A DNA stretch of 59,665 nt, the filler included, from Sphacelaria rigidula (lineage: Eukaryota), in the NCBI GenBank assembly GCA_964200075.2. It is 7 parts of 7 records of this genome, joined end to end, with 100 filler letters (N's around TTAATTAATTAA, not from the genome) between each part and the next. Parts side by side here need not be neighbours in the genome. Positions count along the whole stretch, not along the records: positions 17,079 to 25,516 come from CAXNAA020011129.1; positions 25,617 to 34,054 come from CAXNAA020011130.1; positions 34,155 to 42,591 come from CAXNAA020011131.1; 4 more parts are not named here. One strand, given 5' to 3'. This document shows positions 23,922-35,178 of this stretch, piece by piece. Position 1 is the first letter of the stretch. The number at the start of each line of letters is the position of its first letter. Under the pieces are notes generated by a model. It ran no database searches, was not told where the DNA came from, and was given only the letters and a program-made list of their open reading frames with translations. The position numbers and the translations under genes are program-made.

Positions 23922-26247
23922 TTGAGTAACGCAGCAATCTCTCGCTCTGCGCAGTATTGGAAATCAATATATGCACGTCATGCATGGATCACGAGCGGTC
24001 CATTCGATTTTTTGACGGATTACATCGATACAGGAGATGAAACAACGCGTCAGAAAGTTGGAGAGCCTTACAAATACAAATACTGGGAAGTCGAACGGTA
24101 CTTGACTCACCGCATTGGCTATGTAGACTGTGTTGGGCTACCTTTCAAACGCGGAGAGAACGCTGACCGGCTACACGAAATTCCATTTACGTATACGGAT
24201 GGCGTGATAACTGTCTCCCGTGCGTTACACAGCAAGAATGGGCACCATAGGTGTAGTGCGGGGACAAGAGTGCTTGGATTCACCAGGAAAGAGCCAACTG
24301 CGGCCAAACCACCGTTCGTATTATGTTGCTTAGACCGCAGTTATCATTTCGATCAAATCTCTAGCTCCAACATCGTGCACATGCATACGATGTGTCAACC
24401 CGCAAGGTACCAATTACTGCACCTCAACTTGCGCCCTGAACCTAAGGTCCACTGTAATCAACACTGTTTTTTTGGCGCTGTCAGAAATTTCGGACTTTTC
24501 CGACTCTGCTTTCATCTCCGGAAGTAAAATGGCTTCTTTTTCTCCTTCGAAGTTTCATTTTTGGATAAGCCCGAATCACACCATTTTGGACTGAATCGCA
24601 GCACAACAGAGATGCCCTATGTGTACGCCGGCGCGCTCGCAAGCATTCGAGAGAATCAGGTACCTTGCCAGTGCCGAAAATTCGGAGATGTCCGCAAAGA
24701 CAGTACCGATTATAATGGGCCTACTTCCGAATGCTTGCGAGACAGCTTCGGAGAAAAATGGCGTTGTTTTGAGCACTCCGAGCCTAGCCAGAGGTGCTGC
24801 GCGCATCATACTCACCATCGGAAGCCTGTACCGACAACACCGCGCCCCAAATTGGAGCTACGTGTGTTCGTGATGCGCAGGTGCGTTCCCGCCATACGCC
24901 CGAGCTGAGAAGATCATGCATCTCCAGAAGGATCTGCTGCGATTTCAAGCTGTATTGACTTTGCAAGCACCCCCCCGCACGCGCGCCGCCACACCCACGG
25001 CGCATTAGGTCGCGGGATTGCTGGTGCCACCCTTTCATGGTGGTGCCACGCAGTCATTCCTGCAGCACCAAATGCTTTCTCCCGTCGCACTCAAATGCCA
25101 AGGAGGTTCGCCCCTCGTACTTGAGGGTACCACCTCCAGATTCCTTCATTTTTCCAAAAGACCAGCCCGTGAAAGAGAAGTTTCATCCACGATATTGCAG
25201 CCATGCTGAAGTTATTACCCCGCCAAGCACAAAGAAGCGTCGGCATCCATGCGGTAGGAGATATGCCAATGTTATCGTACGTGCTGGCGATGCTGTACTT
25301 GGCTGGAACGGCGCTAAATACTGCGATGCGACGCCGGCGGCTGTGCTATTCATCTGCTGTAGAACTTGTGGAGAACAATTCCAAGGTGTAGGAATCCGAG
25401 TGTCGAGAAGACCATATTTGAGATTGTGCATGTAGGGGGGGGGGGGGGGGGCGCCCACTATCACTCCCACCAGGGCCGCAACCCCGATCACCCTGAACCC
25501 CAACAAATCCGGGACGNNNNNNNNNNNNNNNNNNNNNNNNNNNNNNNNNNNNNNNNNNNNTTAATTAATTAANNNNNNNNNNNNNNNNNNNNNNNNNNNN
25601 NNNNNNNNNNNNNNNNCCTGTTCGTGTTTTTCTTTTTTTGGGGGGGGGGCGTACTCATTCGTTGCTTGCCTTAGTCATTTGACCATTGACCACGCATCCC
25701 TTTCGAGACGGAGCATCTTTTTTTTGGGGGGGGGGGGAGGGCGTACTCATTTGTTTCTTACCTTTTAGTCGTTTGACCATTGACCACGCTGTTTTTTGGG
25801 GGGTGGTACAAAACTTACCCTGATGAAGTACCGTAGATGTAGTGGGGGTCCCGCCACAGTGCAGTATTCTGAAGTAAGGGACCTCATATAGTGCGGTCAA
25901 AATCACTTGTCGCACGTCCGATCCGATATGCTTACATCAAGTTTTTCCACTATATTACCGATATGTCGCAAAGTCCCGGTATAGTGCGGTCATGCCAGGG
26001 CATGCTGGAGAACCCTACTACTGTGGCGACATGTGTTCGCCGAATTTTCCCGGAAGTATTTCACTCGGGGGGAGGGCATTCAAGTATGGAGAGTAGTTTA
26101 CAGCGGACATGTATTATTGCTGTTTCACACGATATTCCATCGAAGCAAATTCTTCCTCGACGAGAGGACTGTTGGCATCCCATTCGAGGCGGCGCAGGGC
26201 GGAGGGTGTGTGGGGGGGGTAATGAGCGTTGCTGCTCAGTGTTGTTC

Positions 26248-26400
26248 GATTGATTGATTGATTGATTGATTGTCGCACTTTAACTGACCCCCCAGGGGTC
26301 CAGCCGTGTTCTCATGATGGATGTACTCGAGAAAAACGGAATTCAAACACGCTCTAAAAAAAATAAAGAATAAAATAGGACCAGGAAAAGAAAAAGAAGA
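26248..26400 (-). mobile_element. Short 3' fragment of the (ATCA)n-tailed retroposon
   Basis: (GATT)n followed by GTCGCACTTTAACTGACCCCCCAGG, as at 22571-22680. Confidence 0.65.
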
Positions 26401-26513
26401 GAAAGTGTTGTATCAAGTTAAATGATATCGTTCTGCGTGCCTGTGGATGCCTTTCTATCTTCTGTCATTTTGTGTCGTGTGTGGATGCGTGTGTGGGTGC
26501 GACTTCCTTGCAG

Positions 26514-26621
26514 GACGCTTTGCGAGATCAGACGGAGCGAGTGCGCGCGGCTCTGGACGCTGCGGAGGGGCCGCGGGAGGCGCAAAGGGCCAAGCTTGAG
26601 GCTGCAATATCCCTCACCCAG
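26514..26621 (+). CDS. Isolated internal exon of an unidentified gene (DALRDQTERVRAALDAAEGPREAQRAKLEAAISLTQ)
   Basis: Acceptor CTTCCTTGCAG and donor CAG|GTAGCT bound 108 nt with an open frame. It is GC-rich relative to its flanks and has helical/coiled-coil-like composition. Confidence 0.6.
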
Positions 26622-26759
26622 GTAGCTGCTGTCGCATTGGTAATCGATCAGCCAGTTGATATCCCTCACCAAAGTTGACGATTTTTTCGTCCGTGTTATT
26701 TCCTTCTCTGTTGCGTCTTCCTTCCCCATGTGTATTTTTTTTCCCGGTGTAGGCACGTA

Positions 26760-27117
26760 GCAGTTCGGTGCCTCGCTTCCGTAGGGTTCATGGATGAGAG
26801 CTTCATACCCAAAATAGTGTGGTCGAAAAATACATGAGCCACAAGCTATTCTCACCGAAATCATTTTTGCAGAGATCGGCCATTTTTATTACAGTAGTAT
26901 AAATGATTACTGCCTCTTTCTTTTTTTTGTCCTGTCCTCTTTCTTTTTTTTGTAGATCACTCTGTGTTTGTCTTTTTTTACCTTTCTGTCTTCCTCACGT
27001 TACTTAGCCAGTGCTTTAGTAATGATGTTTTCTTGGGTACATCTATCATGTGACCACGGGTGGATTCCTGGGCAGCAGTCAAGATTCGACCGTCATTTAA
27101 TCAATCTATCGATCAAC
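26760..27117 (+). mobile_element. Diverged (ATCA)n-tailed retroposon fragment
   Basis: GCAGAGATCGGCCATTTT and CTTGGGTACATCTATCATGTGACCACGG are inverted homologues of 22650-22820. The tail is degenerate (AATCAATCTATCGATCAA). Confidence 0.6.
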
Positions 27118-29235
27118 CTCATTGCCGAACTGATGGCGCCGTAGGGGAAAATTTACCCAGAAACCCATCTTCGCTCACCGAGCGAGAACTTGCAGCTTCG
27201 AACGATTCTAAGAGAAAGAAAATACTTGATAATGTCCACGTGTAGGGCCACGACTGAAATCTGCGGTTTTCGCCCCGTCTCTAGGGGATTATCAGCAACA
27301 AACCTGCGTTCTTGGTAACCTGTTTTGCGGTAGGCCACCCGGCCACATGGGGTTCACGTCCGAGGTTTGACCTGAAATTCCATATTGGTGACAACATATC
27401 AGAACAAATAGTGCTTCTCTCAAGATTTTTATTCTGTGAGTGCTGTTTTTTTTTTTTCGTGTTTGCATGTGTGTCCGTCATCATCCTTCTACCCCCTCGC
27501 CTTTCTTCGAAACGAGTCCATAGCCTTGAGGGACGAAAGAAAGAGCGATTAGGTTTGTATCTACAGGTATTCGAATCACAAGCTCCGTCGCAACCGCTTC
27601 TGTGCTGTACACTACGAAATCAAAAGTTATTAGACTGGGACGCGGCGGTTGGTGTGTACAAGCGTTCATGTCGGGCTTTGAAGGCTCACCATCGGCGAAC
27701 CCCCCCCCCCCCCAAATAAATGAATAAAAAAATAACATGAGCAAAAAACAACAGATCGCCAATATTTCACGTATACTTGTCATACTCCAATGCCTGATGT
27801 ATGAGGTCACTGGGGGAAGTAGACTGAACACTGCACCACCGCCGTATGTTTTCGCACTTTCCGAGGGCGTACATGACCTGAGTGTCACGAATCTGAGAAT
27901 GGGAAAAACATCGCGGCAAAAATCGAACAGAAACACTACTCCGCATGTTGGTACGGATATCCCAGAGCACATGATCATTTGTGTCGACAACAAGCAGTTC
28001 GCCAATCATCCTTCAGGACCCCACAGATGAATGTAGTGAAAACGCGTTTCCTGCAACGTTTTGGGGCTTTCCGGATCCGCTGTGGCGAATTGAGCAACTC
28101 CGCCACCACACTGAATAGATCTAGGGTGTTTGCGAGGGTCTGTGTTGTGCCACAGGCCGGTTTGCTTCCTGTCTCGAGTACTGCGCTTTGAAAAAATTAC
28201 AGCTGTCGCATACTAAACCTAGGTAACTTGGGATGGAGCGTGTGTTGCGCTCGGCACAGGTTCGGCACAGGTCCGAACGGTCCATGACGCCGTAAACACG
28301 TCTTCAATATCCCTCCGCGTTCATTTTATTTTTTGTGGGAAACGGATTTTTGGTCGGTAAGGCCTTCATTCACCCCCACAACAGTACAGTATCACAGATT
28401 TGTGAAACGGTTCTGTACAGAGACGATCATTTTTTGCATGAGTGTGGTACTGCGTACTCGTGCACCAAGCCGAAGAGCAGGCAAGCGGTAAACAATCCTT
28501 CGAGAATACATCGTCGTACCTTGTTACCCTAGGGTAATACAGTGCAGGACACTACATGAGTACAGTACATGATAATGCCGTGTCGTGGTGCACGATGGCA
28601 CAGTCGGTACTGCGAGAATAGAGAACAAACAGTGCGCCAGCAGAGTTCAGTAGTGCAGTGCAGTACATCACCCCTCAAGCACAGCGACAACAGCTAGGAG
28701 AGTACAGTAGCGTTCGTTATAGTGATACATGTGGCAGCGCAGCGCAGCATAAAATATTACCATCGCCGCAGAGTACGGCATCAGCGCTTATTATCAGCTT
28801 GTCCAACCCTGTGCTAAGCTGCATCAGCAGCTGGGACGGGCTGTAGGCACGCCCTGTGCTGTCACGAGATTTTCTTCTGCTGCCGTTGCAAAACTACCAA
28901 ACGCCTCGTACTCCACCATGTACGTCAATGCACGTACATCACGTTAAAAAAAACGGGGTGAAGCCACGATCTCGGAACGATTTTCTCCGTTTTTTTGCGA
29001 AAAATCGGGGGAAACCGTTTTGAGATGGTGACTCCGTGATTTTTTCGCCCCCAATTTGGTGCAAATCCGTGTCCATAAAATGCGTGCCCCGTTTTTTCCC
29101 CCCCCGATGCTCGAAAAAACTGAGATTCGTGCGAGACATAAAAGTGGGTCTAATTCGAGAAGCCCGCGAGATGTGTCGCTGGGGAGTAAATTTTGGGCAT
29201 TCGTCAACAGGAACCAGCCTTTTTTGTGTCTTTTA

Positions 29236-29406
29236 CACACCTTGGACAATATATGGTCAATAGATGCAATAGGCGAGAAGTGTACTGCATAAATTATAGG
29301 CCAATCGCGACTATTGTCGGCCGGCAATTGTCGCAATAGGCCTATACTCCATGCAGTACGTTTCTTTTTCTATTGCAACTACTGACCATATATTGTCCAA
29401 GGTGTG
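29236..29406. mobile_element. MITE-like inverted repeat (~170 bp)
   Basis: CACACCTTGGACAATATATGGTCA at the left is perfectly inverted at the right (TGACCATATATTGTCCAAGGTGTG). Confidence 0.7.
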
Positions 29407-31365
29407 GTCTTTTCCTTGAAGGAAGGAGGAAACCTTACCCAACACTTACCCCGCGAGCGGGTTCGTGTGCCGATCGCCCGGAGGCTCGGCGAGACGACCT
29501 CGCGGCAGTCATATGGGGTAGGCGCCTCGAGCGTTCGAAACGTTTTGCTCAAGGCAAGTGTGGGTGTCCGTCCAACCCTGTAAATCCCCCCATGAACTTG
29601 GTGCAGTGCACGCGCCACGCTACACGTAGAGGCTGGTCCAGCCTAGAAACGGGCTTGAGCTCTCAACGCAATATCTCATCGATACAAACGAGCTGGGCCG
29701 TGATCCGCACATCGTATTGATCGTCTCATGAAGGGAAACTTGCCCATCTGCTCAAAAGCCTGGGTCATTTTTTATCGTTGATTGAACTCCATAGCTGGTG
29801 ATGCCTATACCGTAGGGAGATAGCGTCGATTCTACAGTCTATATGAAAACCCGAACAACAAGTACGGCGGATGATGACGATTTTTGGTGAGGACATTCTG
29901 TGGAGCACGAGGAATCGATATATATATATATATATATACTTACCTTCACGTCATTCGTTATCCATCTCGAGATGTGGCGCCCAGAATTTACATCGTAAAA
30001 TCAATACATTACGAGCAGAGACACTAACTGCACTATGTCTGGATATCGCGTCTCAGGTTTTGAGAGTTGTGCTTTGAAATTTGGTATGGAGAATCGCTAG
30101 TGCATGGTAACAAAAAAAAAAGAAGATTGCGTTTTTTTCGTTACATCATTTAGTTCTATCATTTTTTTTCTTAAGAGAGTTTTGAGGAAAAATCAACTTT
30201 GTTGTTGGGCCTTGTCTCAGTATTTCTCCGTACCAATGCTAAAAAGTCCAAGTCTCAAAATTGAGGTCAGGCGGGGTATGCAAACCACAAATTCGCGTCT
30301 AGGCTGGCTCCGCTCGTATGATCTTCGGCCCTATGTGAACCAGCCTGTGATGCGCTACATTCCCGCACATGTAACCACAAGTGATTATATTGGTTGGGTT
30401 TGCTCCAATAATTCCCACTTATTCTGTGACAACCTCTCACCTCGTGTAGTATGATGTTTCCAGTACGAGCAAAGTTGCAGTTTCTCAGGTGTCTCATCAT
30501 GATCCACCCAATATGGGTCCGGCCGCAGGGGGATTAAAATGATCGATGTACGGCAGCTGGGCCATGCCAAGAAGCAGATCTGTACGTTGCAGGCGGATCT
30601 GACCCCCAATTTTGAGAGTTACAATTCCAAATTCGGTATGGAGAACGGGTGGGACAGGGTGAAAGAAGTACAGTAGTTTCCCGACCCTGAGAGTTTTTTC
30701 CCTTTTTTTTTCATGAGTTGACGGCAAAAGCAAGATCCAGTTTTCACCCAACGTCAACGTCCCGCACTCATGAGAACAAAAATAAGGTCTCAAGGTGTGG
30801 AAAAAACTATTTTTATCATGCCCAAGCGATTCTCTAGAGTTGAGCAGAGAATTCCACATTTATAGCCTAGGCCGGTTGAGATCCGGAACAACAGTATTTT
30901 GTGGGCCATTCACCAGCCCAGTTTTGATACTTGTGCTCTGAAAATCTGTGTGGAGAATCGCGAAGGCTTTGTAGTGAAGGAAAATACGATTGCGGGATAT
31001 ATATATTTTTGTGGACCTTTTAGTGTAGTGAGGACAAAAATGATATAATCTTCACGAGGATATCCTTAGCTAACGAAAAGAAAGCTTGAATCACGCGGTT
31101 TTGTTTTTCTTATTTCCTTTCGATTCGCCATACTAGAATTTCAAAACATGCTGTAACTTTAGAAACCGAGCTGAGACACTGGGTTAGGGGCCAGAAATAT
31201 TATCATTTTTTTTTCACAAAAACATCGTTTTCTTACGAAGAAAATCATGGAGCTGAATTTTTTTGTACTGTTCCTGACGGATACCCCCCGTCAAACTCAG
31301 AAGCACAACTCTCGGAATTGAGGTGAGAATCACAGATTCGTGCATTCAGTGCCCCTGCTCGTGTA

Positions 31366-31653
31366 CGAGCTGGGCCAGCCTAAAGGCGAATTTGAAGTTT
31401 GCAGGCCCATGCGCCGGCCAATATTTAGAGTTGGAGCGTAGAATATGGTATGGACAATGCATATGGCATGAAAAAAATACTAGTGTACCAATAGTTTTTA
31501 ATATAATGAGTTAAGTGCATTTCACTGGTGTAACTGATTATTGCCCTTAACTCATTAGATGAAAAAAACTTTTGGTACACGTCGTAATTTTGTTATGCCC
31601 TAGGCATTGTCCATACCAAATTTTACGCTCCAACTCTAAATATTGGCCGGCGC
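31366..31653 (+). mobile_element. TA-CGAGCTGGGCCAGCC family element with a 243-bp internal hairpin (31411-31653)
   Basis: The conserved terminus adjoins TA here and at 33363, ~45518, and inverted at ~42759 and ~30315. The arms GCGCCGGCCAATATTTAGAGTTGGAGCGTA are inverted exactly. Confidence 0.75.
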
Positions 31654-31666
31654 CTTCGCCGTTTAA

Positions 31667-32925
31667 CCCTTTTGGGACCGAACCTCCACTAACACAGGGT
31701 TGACCCTGTTAGTGGAATAATAAAGAATAAGTCTTCGAGCGACCTGCCCAATCACGGCGAGGCGAAAGTTATCGACCAGACCCGAACGACCAGGGCGGGG
31801 ATCGTTGTCGAGTGTGATGCCATTGCAAAGATCTTGTGGGGGCCCTATCCCTGGTCCAGATAAGCCTCCCCAGGTTTCCAAATGCAAGGTGATCGCAGCT
31901 TGGTTTTATTGTATTACTTGCACTCAGTATAGCGTTGCCGAGTTTTTTCCGGAGTGTTTTTTGCGTCGTAATTCCACACTGAAACGTAGTAATTTACACC
32001 AACACGAGGTGAACCGAAAAAACTCCCGGAAGGAGTGTACATGCCACTATGTGGTCATTTTCACGAGGCACAAAATCCAGCTGTGTGCAGTCCACATGTA
32101 TGTAGTGGAGGGGGATGACGAAGCTGTGTATTGGCAGCTGATTTCGGTAGCTGAGAATTGCCCAGAACGTGCAAGGGAGTATGCAGCGGCAGCTGCTGTT
32201 TCAGTCGCAGAGGCGTACGTACTACACTGTACTGTACAAAACTGTTGTATGCATGCGCGCTGAAACGCTGATGTCGAAGAGAATTTGCCGCATGCGACAA
32301 GGGGGGAATTGGCGGCCCACCCCGACCACAAAAGGCTGTGTGGTGATGGTGACTGAAGTATCATCCAAAGCCACAAGCGGCGGGCGACTCGCCGGTCGCC
32401 GCATCCTTTTGGAAGCTCTCTACAGTACCACGACCCATACCGCTTGCTACATTGGATGCACACCACCTAATGCGCACTCTGCACCTGAGAAAAGATTGGA
32501 TGAAGCTTCCAGTCTTCATCATAACCCTGCGGTTACATACGCGGATTTTGAGCAACACGCCACTGTTTCTTGCAGACGCCAGACACGTCCTTCCTGACCA
32601 GGCTCATCGGTCGTTCTGGAGGCCCGGTCCCAGAAACGTCCAAACCGGGTCGGAAGAAATTCGGAACAGTATTCCCCATGCCACTCACCAGCCCACGTTT
32701 GGTTTTTGTGTCTTGAAATTTTGTGTGGGCCCTCGCTGGGCATATTTAACAAAATTTAGTGGATCAGGTTGATTTTTTTCTTCACTGGTTTCGAGCGTTC
32801 TAGTATTGTAGAGATCATTTTTCACGAGTACTCCCCAACCTCCATGACGAAAAAAAATAATAACGGAAAGCCCATTTTTTTTATTCGGCACAATTTCGTG
32901 GTTTTCCATGCTAAGTTACAAAGGG
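31667..32925 (+). mobile_element. Non-autonomous piggyBac-like element; right TIR apparently interrupted by a ~290-bp insert
   Basis: Left end is TTAA-CCCTTTTGGGACCG. GGCCCGGTCCCA lies at 32621-32632 and AAAGGG-TTAA at 32920-32929. The intact right end is seen at 8586-8607. Confidence 0.65.
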
Positions 32926-33362
32926 TTAACCCTAAATCACAATCCTAAAATTAAGCTGAAAAAATGAGATGGGTCCTTAGAGTAATGTTAATTTATCCTC
33001 AAAACCCCACCAATACATGAAGAAAAAACGAGAGAGAAAGGCTGAAATATTTTATCATTTCATCATGCACTAGCGGTTCTCCATACGAAATTTCGTAGCA
33101 CAACTCTAAGGAACTGAGACGCGATATCCAGATTTGGGGCATCTAGTGCCTCTGCTCGCAATATATCGATTTCAGTATCGAAACTTGTGTGCGCTATATC
33201 TCGAGATGAAGTACGAATTAGGTTAGGGTGAGGCTATTTATCGTCTTCCCGTGCTCCAGGGAATGTCCACACCAAAATTGTAATTATCCGCTGATTGTGT
33301 CGTTCGGAGTTTCATATAGATTTTGGTGTTGACGCGACCTCCGTACGATGTAGGAATTTGTA

Positions 33363-34035
33363 CGAGCTGGGCCAGCCGAGAAGCGATTGTGCAGTTTGCA
33401 GGCCCATTATACGGCCAATACTTTGAGCTGGGCCCTGAAATTTGGTATGGACAATGAGTAGGGCATAGTAAAAAACATTACTGGTGTACACAAGTTTTTT
33501 TTTCTTTCATGAGCTAGGGGCATTTTACCGATATCTGAAAACTGATTATTGCCCTTAATTCATGAAAAAAACTTGTATACGCCAGTTGTCGGTCGCCCCG
33601 GTGGCTCAGTTGGTGACTTCGTAACCTTCTGATGGTTGAGTTGTGGGGTTCGATTCCTCGAGCGATCTGGGATTCTTCTTATACCATGCTCGACAGTGGA
33701 GAGCGACTATGTCGTGGATACACAAAATACGACTTAACGGTCGACGAGGTAAAGGGACTGCCGAACCCCTCTCGCGATAAAAAATAAAAAGGCAAGCACC
33801 GCAAAAAGAAGGTGGGCTATTAAACACAAAGAAGAAAGAAAAAACTCCTGTGTTGACTTTCCTCCTGTGTGACCCGGCTGATGCGCCCCCATATCCTGGA
33901 AGGGGTAGACTTGCGGCCAAAATAAATGAGACGACAACACAACACACACAACACACGCCATAATTTTTTTTATTATACCCTACTCATTGTCCATACCAAA
34001 TTTCAGGATCCAACTCCGAGTATTGGCCGTATAAT
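33363..34035 (+). mobile_element. Second TA-CGAGCTGGGCCAGCC hairpin element, interrupted by a SINE
   Basis: The arms ATTATACGGCCAATACT...GAAATTTGGTATGGACAATGAGTAGGG (from 33406) are inverted at 33977-34035. Confidence 0.75.
33585..33954 (+). mobile_element. Full-length tRNA-headed SINE with a CA-rich tail
   Basis: Pol III A box TGGCTCAGTTGG (33602-33613), B box GGTTCGATTCC (33647-33657), (CA)-rich tail, and target duplication ACGCCA (33579-33584, 33955-33960). Five family members occur in the window. Confidence 0.88.
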
Positions 34036-34154
34036 AAGCCGTTTAGTGACAGGGNNNNNNNNNNNNNNNNNNNNNNNNNNNNNNNNNNNNNNNNNNNNTT
34101 AATTAATTAANNNNNNNNNNNNNNNNNNNNNNNNNNNNNNNNNNNNNNNNNNNN

Positions 34155-34231
34155 TGATGCACCCACATACACCGAAAGGTTTAGACTGGTGCCCAGAATA
34201 AATGGGACGACACCACAACAACAACAACACC
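34155..34231 (+). mobile_element. SINE 3' end at contig start
   Basis: CCAGAATAAATGGGACGACACCACAACAAACAAC matches the SINE 3' end. Confidence 0.75.
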
Positions 34232-35178
34232 GTGGATGCTTGTAGCCTTTTGTCCCCCCTTTTTGGGTCGTTTATACCTTTCTTCTGTGCATTTGTTCAC
34301 TCTGGTCGGCAGTGACCAGGAAATAGGTACAGTGATACAAGTTTACATTTGGTGCTCACTCAATTGGGATCTTTCCGCAGGCGATCTTTCACAATCGCTC
34401 GAAAGTTTGAGGATCGGTGGGGCGTTGGAGAAAAAAAAACAAATCATGCTCAGGATACGTTTTCAAACTTCGATTTGTCGGAACAACACAGAGGAAACAT
34501 CATTCATGGACGGAATGTTCTTAACCGTATATTATCGAAAAACACGTTTTCTTAGCTGTAGCGTGAAGAATACCGAGAAAAGAAAAATGAGCCATACAAT
34601 CGTTCAGAATAACGATCCGGGTCGCTTTGATTGAGCGAATATATCATAGAGGGAGAACCGGGGATTGTACACTTGTGGGACCCCAACGACCTGTTAGCCT
34701 GCCACTCGTTCAAAATTGGTCGTGAAACATACTCGTTTTCAACAGCTGTGTCGGGTACTTATGTCTCTCGATTCCTAAACTCTAGGATCGAAGAGGAACC
34801 ATGGTGAGTCGTGGTAACGGGAACACCCGACAAACCATTTTCATTCGAAAACGCACGTTCAGATATGCACTAATGAGCTTCTAGGATTTCGCCTCTTTAC
34901 GATATACTGTAGCGTAAAGTTGGCAAGATGTTCTCTAGGCATGAACGGAATGAACTTGACCCGTTCGTCTGCGTTTGCTGCTGATCGTATCACGTGGAAC
35001 TGTACTTCACCTTTCTGTCGGTCGTTTATCCTTTCTGTCGGTCGTTTATCCTGGGTTGTTGTGTCGGTTGCTTTTAATATGTTTCAAGGCTATGGCTTCC
35101 ATTGGTTCCAGAAAAGAATGATCTGTTACCTTTGATTGTTCTGTCTCATATCTCGTGTCTTCTGGCTTCTCGTACCAG

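Noticed and set aside
23922..24527. 201-aa ORF with YWEVERYLTHR resembling a chromodomain start
   Set aside because: It has a non-ATG start at a MITE edge and lacks the downstream YLVKW-type motif.
33590..33670. tRNA gene
   Set aside because: It has A and B boxes but no convincing cloverleaf, and it continues into a repeated body with a tail and TSD, so it is a SINE head.
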